Assembly: GCA_964474205.1 (NCBI GenBank)
Contig: CAYYRW010000005.1
Span: 154,161-218,160, forward strand
DNA from: an uncultured Nitrospirales bacterium
GTDB lineage: Bacteria > Hydrogenedentota > Hydrogenedentia > Hydrogenedentales > CAILVY01
Length of the DNA: 64,000 nt
Direction of reading: 5' to 3'
The notes below the pieces were generated by a model. It did not search any database and was not told where the DNA came from. It saw only the letters and a program-made list of their open reading frames with translations. Positions 27,881 to 37,262 of the stretch are shown here, piece after piece. The stretch's first letter is position 1. Every line of letters begins with the position of its first letter. The position numbers and the translations under genes were made by a program.

Positions 27881-28974
27881 GAGAACGATTCATCAAATTA
27901 TTACAGCGCGCGGTCCAAAAGGACGCCTCCGACATTCACCTCAAGACCGGAAGCCAGCCTTTCCTGCGGGTGGATGGTGAAATCGCGGATACCAATACCG
28001 AACCCTTGCAGGCCGAAGATATCGCCGCCATTCTGGACATCATCCTCAGCGAAGACCAGAAGAAATACTTTGCGCGGCGCGGCGAAATCGACTTGTCCTT
28101 CACGGAAAAGGGCGTGGGGCGTTTCCGGGTGAACGTCTTCCGGCAACGGGGCACCATTTCCGTTGTCATGCGCCGCATTAAAACCAAAATCCTGACCTTT
28201 GACCAATTGCACCTCCCGCCCGTCACGGTGCGCTTCGCCACCATGCAGCGCGGGCTGATTATCATCACCGGCACCACCGGCAGCGGCAAATCCACCACCC
28301 TGGCCTCTATTGTGGACTATATCAATGACAACCGCCGGTGCCATGTGGTGACCATTGAAGACCCCATCGAATATGTCCACTCCGACCGGAAGGCCATCAT
28401 CAATCAGCGGGAAATCACCATAGACACCCAGGATTTCTCCACCGCCCTCAAATCCGTCATGCGCCAGGACCCCGATGTGATCCTTGTGGGCGAAATGCGC
28501 GACCTGGAAACCTTCATGGCCGCCATCGCCGCCGCCGAAACCGGCCACCTCGTCTTCAGCACCCTGCACACCACCAACGTGATGCAGACCGTGGACCGCA
28601 TCATCGACCTCTTTCCCTCCAATCAGCACGACCAGGTCCGCTCGGCCCTGGCCCTCAACCTGCGCGCCATCATGTGCATGCGGTTGCTTGTGCGCGCGGA
28701 CGGCGTGGGCCGCGTCCCCACCTGCGAAGTCTTGTTCAATACGCCGTCTGTACGGAAACTCATCAAGGAGAACCGGATTGCGCAACTGGAAACCGCCATC
28801 CAAGCGGGCAAGGAAGAAGGCATGCAGACCTTCAATGACAGCTTGTATGATCTTATCCGCACCGGACTAATCACCAACGATGTAGCCATGGAAATTTCCG
28901 ACAATCCGGAAGAACTCAATATGTTGTTGCAGGGCATTCGCCTGAGTTCCAAACGCGGCGGAATCCTGAAATAA
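27877..28974 (+). CDS. pilT: PilT/PilU-family type IV pilus retraction ATPase
   Basis: ASDIHL, RFRVNVF, GTTGSGKSTT, TIEDPIE, QDPDVILVGEMRD, GHLVFSTLHT, GMQTF; GTG start overlaps the ftsZ stop (GTGA). Confidence 0.88.
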   Translation: MRERFIKLLQRAVQKDASDIHLKTGSQPFLRVDGEIADTNTEPLQAEDIAAILDIILSEDQKKYFARRGEIDLSFTEKGVGRFRVNVFRQRGTISVVMRRIKTKILTFDQLHLPPVTVRFATMQRGLIIITGTTGSGKSTTLASIVDYINDNRRCHVVTIEDPIEYVHSDRKAIINQREITIDTQDFSTALKSVMRQDPDVILVGEMRDLETFMAAIAAAETGHLVFSTLHTTNVMQTVDRIIDLFPSNQHDQVRSALALNLRAIMCMRLLVRADGVGRVPTCEVLFNTPSVRKLIKENRIAQLETAIQAGKEEGMQTFNDSLYDLIRTGLITNDVAMEISDNPEELNMLLQGIRLSSKRGGILK

Positions 28975-29003
28975 CGCTGCTTCCCCGGGAGAAGGGAAAA
29001 CCT

Positions 29004-30053
29004 ATGCGACAAGGCACGCTGATCCTTTGTGCAATAGGAATGCTTACCTGTGTGGGGGCCTCCGCACAGTACACCGCCCCGGCGCGCATCAAGGCCTTTT
29101 GTGTGGACTTCAACTGGGGAACCGAAGGCTTCGCCCCCCCCGGCATGTACGCCAAAGCCTCCCCGAAAGAGCACCTGGCCTGGTACAAGGCCATGGGTGT
29201 GAACACCATTCAAACCTTTTGCGTGAGTTGCCCGGGGTATGCATGGTACAAAAGCCAAATCGCGCCGGTGCAGCCGGGCATGGAAGGGGATTTCCTCAAA
29301 GAAATAACGGCATTGGGCCATGCGGAGGGGATGAAGGTTATGGGCTATTTCTGTATTGGCGCCAATGCCTTTTGGTCGGAAAAACATCCCGATCAATGCC
29401 ATCCCCACCCCAATTCCATTGCTATCCCTTTCACCAGAGAGTACATCGAGTATTTGAGCCGCGTCATCCCCGAGGCGCTTCATAGGACGGGCATAGACGG
29501 TTTCATGATTGATTGGATGTACAACGCCTCGCACCTGTACCCGGATAAACAATACGCCTGGTTGGAATGTGAGAAACAGATGTACCAAGAACTCATGGGG
29601 CAGCCGTTTCCCGGCGAGGCCGCCATGGACACCGCGCGCACCACGGAATTTAACCGCCGCGCCGTCATGCGCTGCTGGGATTGCATCCACACTGCGGCCA
29701 AATCCGCCAAGCCGGACTGTATCATTTGGCTGAGTTGTTTTGATCCGCAACATCCGCAGATTTCCGGCTCGCGCATGCTGCGCGAGGTGGACTGGCTGAT
29801 GAATGAACATCCCGATCCCGTGAAACTCGAAGAGGCCAGGAAAGCCACATCCCCCAGAACACGCCTCATCCAGTGTATTTGCGGATGGGGCGCCCAGCAT
29901 GATGCCGGGAAAATCATGCATGACCCGCGTTTCGCGGATATGGGACTCTATGGATTCGCCCGGCCCGACGTGAATACCACCCTGCCGCTACACGATGATT
30001 CGGACAATGCCCGGAATATTGCCGCCATGCGCCAGTTCTTCACCGCACATTAA
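29004..30053 (+). CDS. Exported glycoside hydrolase-like TIM-barrel protein (alpha-L-fucosidase/GHL6-like)
   Basis: Signal peptide; GYAWY, DFLKEI..LGHAEGMKVMGY, IDGFMIDW; family call is tentative. Confidence 0.5.
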   Translation: MRQGTLILCAIGMLTCVGASAQYTAPARIKAFCVDFNWGTEGFAPPGMYAKASPKEHLAWYKAMGVNTIQTFCVSCPGYAWYKSQIAPVQPGMEGDFLKEITALGHAEGMKVMGYFCIGANAFWSEKHPDQCHPHPNSIAIPFTREYIEYLSRVIPEALHRTGIDGFMIDWMYNASHLYPDKQYAWLECEKQMYQELMGQPFPGEAAMDTARTTEFNRRAVMRCWDCIHTAAKSAKPDCIIWLSCFDPQHPQISGSRMLREVDWLMNEHPDPVKLEEARKATSPRTRLIQCICGWGAQHDAGKIMHDPRFADMGLYGFARPDVNTTLPLHDDSDNARNIAAMRQFFTAH

Positions 30054-30193
30054 GATTCAAAACAACCCTGCCTAAGTCCTTTTACGACGCCCTATTGCAA
30101 CCTTTCCGCCCTGATGGGCATAATACCTTTATCAAGGCATGTGCACGGGCCGTGAATGTGTACATCTCAACTTCTTTCAGGAGCGCAAAAAAA

Positions 30194-30922
30194 ATGAAAT
30201 GCCGGGCGTATTTGGGAATGATGGGCGTTTGGGCTTGGGCGATAGGTCTGCCCGCGATGGCGCAGGAGACCGCCGCCCCCGTGGCGGGGGCCGGTCAACG
30301 CATGACGGTGATGATGATGATCCAGCAGGGCGGCGTGATTACCTGGCTCATCATGGCGCTTGGTTTTTTCACCTTCACCTGGGCCATCTACCTGCTCGCC
30401 ACGATAACCCCCCGGCGCGAGGCGCCGGCCCAACTGGCCAAACGTGTCCAGACCGCCATACGCGCGGGTGATATCAAGGGCGCCCTCCAAATGTGCCATG
30501 ACCGCGATGAATTGCTGGCGAACGTATTGCGCGCGGGCCTGAAGATGGCGGGGCACGAACGCTACGTCATCCAGGATGCGATGGAAAGCGAAGGGGAACG
30601 CGGATCAACCGCGCTGTGGCAGCGAATATCCTATCTGAACAGCGCGGCAACGCTGGCCCCGCTCCTGGGCCTGCTCGGAACGGTGTGGGGGATGATGCTG
30701 GCCTTCGGGTCCATCGCCTTCGACACGGCGCAGGTTAAAATGCTGAATATGGCCTCGAGCGTGGCGCTGGCCATGATCACCACCGCCGCCGGCCTGTTGC
30801 TCGCCATTCCCGCCATGGCGGTCTATTTCTATCTTCGCGGGCGCGTCATAAAAATCATCGCCAATGTCGAGGCCCATGCCAGCGAGTTCATCGAACTCAT
30901 CACGCGGAGTAAACCGGAATGA
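30194..30922 (+). CDS. exbB: MotA/TolQ/ExbB proton channel protein
   Basis: LAPLLGLLGTVWGM, AMITTAAGLLLAIP. Confidence 0.88.
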   Translation: MKCRAYLGMMGVWAWAIGLPAMAQETAAPVAGAGQRMTVMMMIQQGGVITWLIMALGFFTFTWAIYLLATITPRREAPAQLAKRVQTAIRAGDIKGALQMCHDRDELLANVLRAGLKMAGHERYVIQDAMESEGERGSTALWQRISYLNSAATLAPLLGLLGTVWGMMLAFGSIAFDTAQVKMLNMASSVALAMITTAAGLLLAIPAMAVYFYLRGRVIKIIANVEAHASEFIELITRSKPE

Positions 30923-31353
30923 GGTTCGGCAGACGCATCCAGGAAGAGGCTGACACCATTCAAATGGCGCCGCTGATTGATATTGTGTTCCTGACCTTGA
31001 TTTTTTTCATGGCCACCTCCGTCTATTCCACCCTCGAACGCGAAGTGGACGTCAAACTGCCCACGGCGGATTCCGGACGCCAGGAACAACGGACGCCAGG
31101 CGAAATATTCATCAATGTCCGGGCGGACGGCTCGGTCGTGGTCAACAACCGCGAAATGAAACTCGAGGAGCTTCAAGCGGTGCTGGACCGCGTGGCGGAG
31201 TATTTCCCCGGCGGCGGCGTCATTATCCGGGGAGACCGCGGCGTCGAACTCGGCCAGATTATCAAAGTGCTCGACTGTTGCCGGAAAGCGGACATTCAGG
31301 ATATCTCGTTCGCCGTGACCAATGAGGAAACAGGGGGGGGGACGGCAAAATGA
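30919..31353 (+). CDS. exbD: ExbD/TolR biopolymer transport protein
   Basis: MAPLIDIVFLTLIFFM (conserved TM Asp), VKLP, IRGD...V. Confidence 0.9.
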   Translation: MRFGRRIQEEADTIQMAPLIDIVFLTLIFFMATSVYSTLEREVDVKLPTADSGRQEQRTPGEIFINVRADGSVVVNNREMKLEELQAVLDRVAEYFPGGGVIIRGDRGVELGQIIKVLDCCRKADIQDISFAVTNEETGGGTAK

Positions 31354-33680
31354 AACACGGAATGCGATGCCTGCTGGTGCTGGTCCTGCCAGCCGCGCTC
31401 TGGGCGGAAAATGGCACGGAGCAGACCCAACTGGATTTCGCCAACGGACTTTTCCAACGGGGTTTTTATAAAGAAGCAGTCCAGGAATATGAATCGTTCC
31501 TCAAAGCGCATCCCTCCAGCCCCTCCACGCCGTCCGCCTGGTATCGTTTGGGAGAATCCGCCTATTCCTCCGGCGTGTATGACAAAGCCCTGGCCGCCTT
31601 CGATCAAGTGCTGGCCTCCGCCGCGGAGGACGCCATAAAAAAGCGCGCCACCCTGAGCCGGGCGGAAGTGCTGTGTTTTTTGAAACGCCCGGATGACGCG
31701 CTTCCCGTGCTTCAAACCCTGAGCGCCGCCGAACAACCCCCGGAAATCCGGGGCCGCGCCTTGTATTATCTGGGGAAAATCCAACGGGAAAAAGGGCAGA
31801 TTGACGCAGCCGCCGCCACATTAAATGCCCTGACGCAAACCCTCCCCAATACCCCCATGATCCCCTATGCGCGCCACCAACTGGCGTATGTGCTGTTGGA
31901 CAAACAGGACTTTGAAAAGGCCGCCCTCGAATTCTCCGCCATTGCGAACAGCAATACCGACCCCGCCTTGCGCATGGAGTCCCGTTATCGTGCCGCCGAA
32001 GCCTATGACAAACTGGGGTGGTCCAGCGCGGCCCTCGGGGCCTACGAACAACTGCGCAAGGATTTTCCGGATTCGGACTACGCGCGGCGCGCGGACTATG
32101 GCTATGCATGGGCCTTGTATCATGAGGGCAAATACCCGGACGCGGCGGCGGCGGCCCAGGCCTTCCTCGAGAAGAATCCCGAGTCCCCCTACCGCGTGGG
32201 CATGAACTACCTCCGGGCCAATTGCGTGCAACAGCAAAAGCAATATGATGAAGCCCTGGCCCTCTATCGGGGGATTCGCAAAGACCACCCGGAGAGTGAA
32301 TTCGCCTGGCGTTCCCAGTATAAAATGGCCTGGGCATTGTTTATGAAAAACGATATTCCCGCCGCCAAGCGTGAAATCACGGCCTTTCTCCAGGAACACA
32401 AAGAAAGCGATTTGAAAGGGGATGCGGGATTTCTTTTGGGTACTATCCTCATGACCGAGGGGAATTACGAAGATGCCCACCAGGAATTCCGCCTCGTGGC
32501 GGAAAAATATGCTTCGAGCGAGTTTGGTGTCGAGGCGCTGTACCGCTCCGCGGAATGCCTCGCCCAATTGGGCCTCACGGATCAAGCCGCGGCGGCGTTT
32601 GAAGACTTTGTCAAGCGCTATCCCGACAACCCCATGACCGAGCAAGCGATCCTGCGGGCCGGCGATGCACAATTCAACGCATCGGCTTTTGAACAGGCCG
32701 TGGCGAAATACAAGGCCATTCTGGAAAAGCCCGCGGACCCCTCGATGGAGCAAGACGCCCTGTACCGGCTCGCCATCACGTATCACAACATGAAAAACTA
32801 TGCGGAAAGCGCGAACACCCTGAAAAAACTGCTGGAGAAATTTCCCGAAGGCCCGCATAAGGCCGAATGCCATTTTCGTATGGCCGAGCATCTGCTGCGG
32901 GACGCGAATGATGCCATCAACGCTTTGCCGGAATATCAGGCGGCGTTTGATGCGGAGCCCAAGGGGGAATTCGCGGGGCTTTCTCTGCGCGGCGTGGCGT
33001 TGGCGCGGTATGAACGCAAAGACTTCGAGCCGGCCGCCGAACTGTTTCTCCGCGTTATCAATGAATTTCCCGCCGTTCCGCTTAATGAACAAACCTATGC
33101 ATGGCTGGGCCAATATCTTTTCGACGCCCAAAAATGGGATTTGGCCGCGCCCGTATTTCAGGCCATGTACAAAGCCCTTCCGGAGTACCCCAATCCGGAA
33201 CGCATTCTGTTCCTGATTGCCGAGTGCAGCGACAAGGCGGGCCATCTGGAGGAAGCCCTGACCCGTTATCAGGCCGTGGTGGATGCAGTCCCTGCCAGCG
33301 GAAAGGCCGCCGAAGCCAAATTCCGCATGGCGCAGATTCTCGAGTCAACACAGCAAAACGACAAGGCCACCGCCCTGTACGAAGCCGCCGCAAGCGCCAA
33401 CAACAGCGAGGTGGCGGCCCGGGCTCAATTCCGGCTAGCGGAAATTTTGGAGGCTTCCGGGGATTCCGATAAAGCGGCACGCAGTTACATGCGCGTGGCC
33501 ATTCTCTTTCTGGACCCCGAACTCTCCCCGGAGTCCCTGTGGCGCGCCGGGCAATGCTATGAAAAAGCAAAGGCCCCGGATCAGGCGCGCAAAGCCTACG
33601 AGGAACTGGCCGCGGATTACCCCGATCATCCCAACACGGCAAAAGCCAAAGAAGCCTTGGCAAGGATGGGCTCGAAATGA
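31350..33680 (+). CDS. Exported tetratricopeptide repeat protein (YbgF/BamD-like repeats)
   Basis: Signal peptide; more than 15 TPR units ending in ..YP.S..-type turns. Confidence 0.85.
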   Translation: MKHGMRCLLVLVLPAALWAENGTEQTQLDFANGLFQRGFYKEAVQEYESFLKAHPSSPSTPSAWYRLGESAYSSGVYDKALAAFDQVLASAAEDAIKKRATLSRAEVLCFLKRPDDALPVLQTLSAAEQPPEIRGRALYYLGKIQREKGQIDAAAATLNALTQTLPNTPMIPYARHQLAYVLLDKQDFEKAALEFSAIANSNTDPALRMESRYRAAEAYDKLGWSSAALGAYEQLRKDFPDSDYARRADYGYAWALYHEGKYPDAAAAAQAFLEKNPESPYRVGMNYLRANCVQQQKQYDEALALYRGIRKDHPESEFAWRSQYKMAWALFMKNDIPAAKREITAFLQEHKESDLKGDAGFLLGTILMTEGNYEDAHQEFRLVAEKYASSEFGVEALYRSAECLAQLGLTDQAAAAFEDFVKRYPDNPMTEQAILRAGDAQFNASAFEQAVAKYKAILEKPADPSMEQDALYRLAITYHNMKNYAESANTLKKLLEKFPEGPHKAECHFRMAEHLLRDANDAINALPEYQAAFDAEPKGEFAGLSLRGVALARYERKDFEPAAELFLRVINEFPAVPLNEQTYAWLGQYLFDAQKWDLAAPVFQAMYKALPEYPNPERILFLIAECSDKAGHLEEALTRYQAVVDAVPASGKAAEAKFRMAQILESTQQNDKATALYEAAASANNSEVAARAQFRLAEILEASGDSDKAARSYMRVAILFLDPELSPESLWRAGQCYEKAKAPDQARKAYEELAADYPDHPNTAKAKEALARMGSK

Positions 33681-35425
33681 TTCTGAGCCGCCATACGGTC
33701 TTTGCCTTGAGCGTCCTGCTCTCCCTGGCCTTCCATGGACTGTTTCTGGCCATTGCCCCCCGCATCGATGTGTTTCAGCGCAACACCGGCCAGGCCATTC
33801 TCCAATACTACAACATCCGGTTGATGGAAGAGGGGGCCATCACTTCCTACACGGAACAGAGTCCCCAGGGAGCGCTGGGAAAAGGGGAGCCCCAGGGTTT
33901 GGTGTCCCGTCCTGGAAAAGTGCAAGACCTTATCGCGCGCGAGAATGAGGTGGCGAAAACCTCCGGCTCCTCTCAAACCGCTCCCCTCGAGGTTACGCAA
34001 TTGCCCGAGCGCGTGGCTTCCGACAGCGTGGAACGCGAACATGACCTTCAGGCGGATGAACTGGCCATGAAGAGCGTGGACGCCAAAATTCTGGAAATCA
34101 GCCAGGAAACCGCGCGTAAAGACGTGCAAGTGGCACGGCGTCTTGTGCGGCCCAGCCCGGGGCGCATCCTTGAAGAAGGGGAGTATCCCGCTTTGCGCAT
34201 TCCAAGGACGGATGAGGATGAAACGCCCCTGCGTTTGACAAGTCCGCCGAGTCCATTCACCGCCGAGGAACAGATTGTCCGAAGCACCGAGCAAGCGCCC
34301 GGTCCCGAAGCGATGGCGCCGCCCCCGCCCGCCCCGGATGCAGTGATGCCCCGCAATGCACTGTCTCAGGAAACAGCGCAGGCGCGCGCGGAAAACATCC
34401 ATGCGCTCCTGGATGATCTGATGGATATCAAGCTCACCGCGTATATTCCCAAGGAAAACTCCCACGGCTACTTTCAATTGACCATTGTGCCCAAGGAAAA
34501 CGAATCCATCGGCATTTTGCCCAAAGATGTGACGTTCATCATTGACGCCTCCGGCAGTATTACCCAGAGCAAATTGAATATAACCCGGCGGGGGCTGCAG
34601 GCGGCGGTAAAATTACTTCATCCGGAAGACCGGTTTAACATAATCGTTTTCCGTGAAGCCGGAACACCCTTCAAACCCGAATTGACCCCCGCCACGGAGG
34701 AAGCCAAGACCGAAGCTATCGCCTTTCTCGAAACCTTAAAAGCGAAGGGGGAGACCGATGTCTACCGCGCGATTAAGCCCGTGCTTTCCACCACCCCACG
34801 GCCGGGGAGCCCCAGTGTTATCCTGGTTATCAGCGATGGCCGCGCCACAGTTGGCGAACGCGATGCGCGCGCCATCATCAACGGCATCACGGCGGAAAAC
34901 AACTTCAGGAACAGCATCTTTGCCTTTGGCGGCGGTGAAACCGTTCACCGCTATCTGATGGACCTGCTTGCCTACCGCAATAAGGGCGAGTCCCAGGTGT
35001 CCGCTAAAATTGAAGATATCGAAAAGGATTTGCCCGCCTTTTTCGCGAAAATTTCCGACCCGCTTCTGGTGAGCCTGAAAACAGATTATGCCAATATTGA
35101 AGGAAACAGCGTGTTTCCTGAAGTCGTTCCCGATTTCTACAAGGGACGCGCCGTGACCGTCTATGGCCGTTTTGATCCCGCGAAAGACACCGAATTTGTC
35201 ATGCGCCTCGCCGGTACGGCGCAGGATCAACACAAGGAAATCATTTTCCGCGCCGATCTCCGCAAAGCGGCCACCGGCAAACAGGCCATTCTCAAACAAT
35301 GGGCCTTCCAGAAAGCGTATGCCATCATCGGGCAAATCTCGCGTGACGGAGAACGCCCCGAATTAATGAATCAACTCAGGGAATTGAAGCAAAAGTATGG
35401 CGTCGGCACCAGCTACGACCAATAA
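33677..35425 (+). CDS. Membrane-anchored VWA protein with TonB/TolA-like TM motif
   Basis: TM helix with S16-x3-H20, Pro-rich linker, MIDAS IIDASGS, ISDG. Confidence 0.75.
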   Translation: MILSRHTVFALSVLLSLAFHGLFLAIAPRIDVFQRNTGQAILQYYNIRLMEEGAITSYTEQSPQGALGKGEPQGLVSRPGKVQDLIARENEVAKTSGSSQTAPLEVTQLPERVASDSVEREHDLQADELAMKSVDAKILEISQETARKDVQVARRLVRPSPGRILEEGEYPALRIPRTDEDETPLRLTSPPSPFTAEEQIVRSTEQAPGPEAMAPPPPAPDAVMPRNALSQETAQARAENIHALLDDLMDIKLTAYIPKENSHGYFQLTIVPKENESIGILPKDVTFIIDASGSITQSKLNITRRGLQAAVKLLHPEDRFNIIVFREAGTPFKPELTPATEEAKTEAIAFLETLKAKGETDVYRAIKPVLSTTPRPGSPSVILVISDGRATVGERDARAIINGITAENNFRNSIFAFGGGETVHRYLMDLLAYRNKGESQVSAKIEDIEKDLPAFFAKISDPLLVSLKTDYANIEGNSVFPEVVPDFYKGRAVTVYGRFDPAKDTEFVMRLAGTAQDQHKEIIFRADLRKAATGKQAILKQWAFQKAYAIIGQISRDGERPELMNQLRELKQKYGVGTSYDQ

Positions 35426-37088
35426 TACCGGCCCTGCGCATCCCGTTCAGGCGTGGATGAAGGTTCTGAATGCGCCCCTGCCTTTCTTAACCGCCGCCTT
35501 TGCTCCCGTCTACGGCCCTTCACAAGACATTATTGCAGGCCGTGTGGCCCTGCTGCGTCCGATCCTCGAATCCTTTTTGCATCAGTTTGGCGACAGGCCG
35601 GTCCGCATATTCCGTTCTCCAGGGCGGATCAATATGCGCGGCATGCACGTTGACACCCATGGCGGCTATCTGAACCTAATGACCCACCAACGGGAAATTA
35701 TGCTGGTGACCGCCCAGACGGACGACGACGCCTTTGTTTTCGCGAACACGGACCGAAATTTTGGGAACACGGAATTCGGGCTGACAAACCTCGATTTTGC
35801 CCGGTCCTGGATGGAGTTCATTGCGCTCGATGCCGCCGTGCAAACAGCCATAAAAGGGGAGTGGGCCAACTATGTGCGGGGTGCCATAACCCGCGCATGC
35901 CGGGCAGCGGGACGGCAACTCCCCGGCATGGTGGGCGTGATTGGGAGCGATCTTCCGCAAGGCGCGGCGCTCAGTTCCTCCCATGCGTTATGTGTGGCCA
36001 CCCTGCATGCCGCCTTGTCCTGGAACGGGATCATGCTCACCCCCGAAGAACGCATTCTCGCCATACGCGATGCGGAATGGTATACCGGCGCGCGCACCGG
36101 CACCAGCGACCAGGCCGCCATGGTGCTTGGCAGGCAGAACACCCTTGTTAATGTGGCCCTGCTCGCGGAAGACCTGGATTGTTCCGGCGCGCGCTATTTG
36201 CCCTTTCCCGGGGAACTGGCCATTCTCGTAATCAATTCGTTCACAACACGCAGCCTGAGCGGAGCACAACGTATTGCCTATACCCGCAATCGTTTTGCCT
36301 ATAGCATGGCCCTGGAAATTCTCCGCCAGGAAATGACCGCGATGGAGTGCCCGCCCAAACAGATTGCCGCGATGGATCGCCTGTCGCGAATATCCCCCGA
36401 AGCCCTGGGAGGCCTGAAACCCTTCTACCGCATCATGCTTCGCATCCCGGAGGAATTGTCCATTGCCCAGATGCGGCAACGCTATGCCCTGCCCAATTTC
36501 GAGGAAGCCTATGATCGCTATTTCGGCGGGGTGCCTGTGGAACAACGCCCGGACACCATCGCCATACGCGGCCCGCTCCTGTATGGCATCGCCGAATCCG
36601 AACGCGCGCGCGCCTTCCTGCCCGCGCTCGAATCAGGACAATTTGCGCTGGCCGGGAAACTCATGACCGCCGGTCATGACGGCGACCGGCTCAAAACGAA
36701 CACGAACGAGCCTTACCATCGTTCCGTCACCGATCAGGTGCTGCGTCACTGGGAATCCTCCGAAACACCGGTCATGCTCTGCCCGGGCGACTATGGCGCC
36801 AGCAGCCCCGTCCTGGACCTTCTTGTGGACACCGCCTTGCGCGCGGGCGCATTGGGCGCCTGCCTCACCGGAGCCGGCATCGCGGGAACCGTCTTGGCTT
36901 TGTGCCAACGCGAAAAAACAACCGCGATTATGGAAGCACTGTGCAACAAAATGGCTTCCGAAGAATACGCGCGTTTGGCCAGCCTTCCATCCCCGCTCAC
37001 CACGGACCAATTACATCAGGCTGTTCTCATCAATCAGGCCCCCGCCGGGGCGGGGGAGCTGTGTTTCCCCTCCTGTCCACCATCATAA
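35397..37088 (+). CDS. Galactokinase-like GHMP kinase (divergent)
   Basis: SPGRINMRGMHVD, PQGAALSSS, GTSDQ, GACLTGAGIAG; start uncertain (35397 or 35457). Confidence 0.75.
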   Translation: MASAPATTNNTGPAHPVQAWMKVLNAPLPFLTAAFAPVYGPSQDIIAGRVALLRPILESFLHQFGDRPVRIFRSPGRINMRGMHVDTHGGYLNLMTHQREIMLVTAQTDDDAFVFANTDRNFGNTEFGLTNLDFARSWMEFIALDAAVQTAIKGEWANYVRGAITRACRAAGRQLPGMVGVIGSDLPQGAALSSSHALCVATLHAALSWNGIMLTPEERILAIRDAEWYTGARTGTSDQAAMVLGRQNTLVNVALLAEDLDCSGARYLPFPGELAILVINSFTTRSLSGAQRIAYTRNRFAYSMALEILRQEMTAMECPPKQIAAMDRLSRISPEALGGLKPFYRIMLRIPEELSIAQMRQRYALPNFEEAYDRYFGGVPVEQRPDTIAIRGPLLYGIAESERARAFLPALESGQFALAGKLMTAGHDGDRLKTNTNEPYHRSVTDQVLRHWESSETPVMLCPGDYGASSPVLDLLVDTALRAGALGACLTGAGIAGTVLALCQREKTTAIMEALCNKMASEEYARLASLPSPLTTDQLHQAVLINQAPAGAGELCFPSCPPS

Positions 37089-37161
37089 ATTTGACTCTTT
37101 CCCGTCCAAAGGAGTCCAATGTCTGCGGTGCCACGGAGGCGGGGCGTTAGTCCTCACGAAT

Positions 37162-37189
37162 ATTCCACCGGCGGGTGGTGGAATGTTTT
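37162..37189 (+). terminator. Putative intrinsic terminator of the exbB...kinase operon
   Basis: ATTCCACC / GGTGGAAT stem, 7-nt loop, followed by GTTTT. Confidence 0.55.
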
Positions 37190-37262
37190 AACTCCCGCAA
37201 CGGGGTAATGCTGTAAGGTTGCTGCCGGTGTACCCGGCAAACCAGACGAGGAGTAGGTAGTA

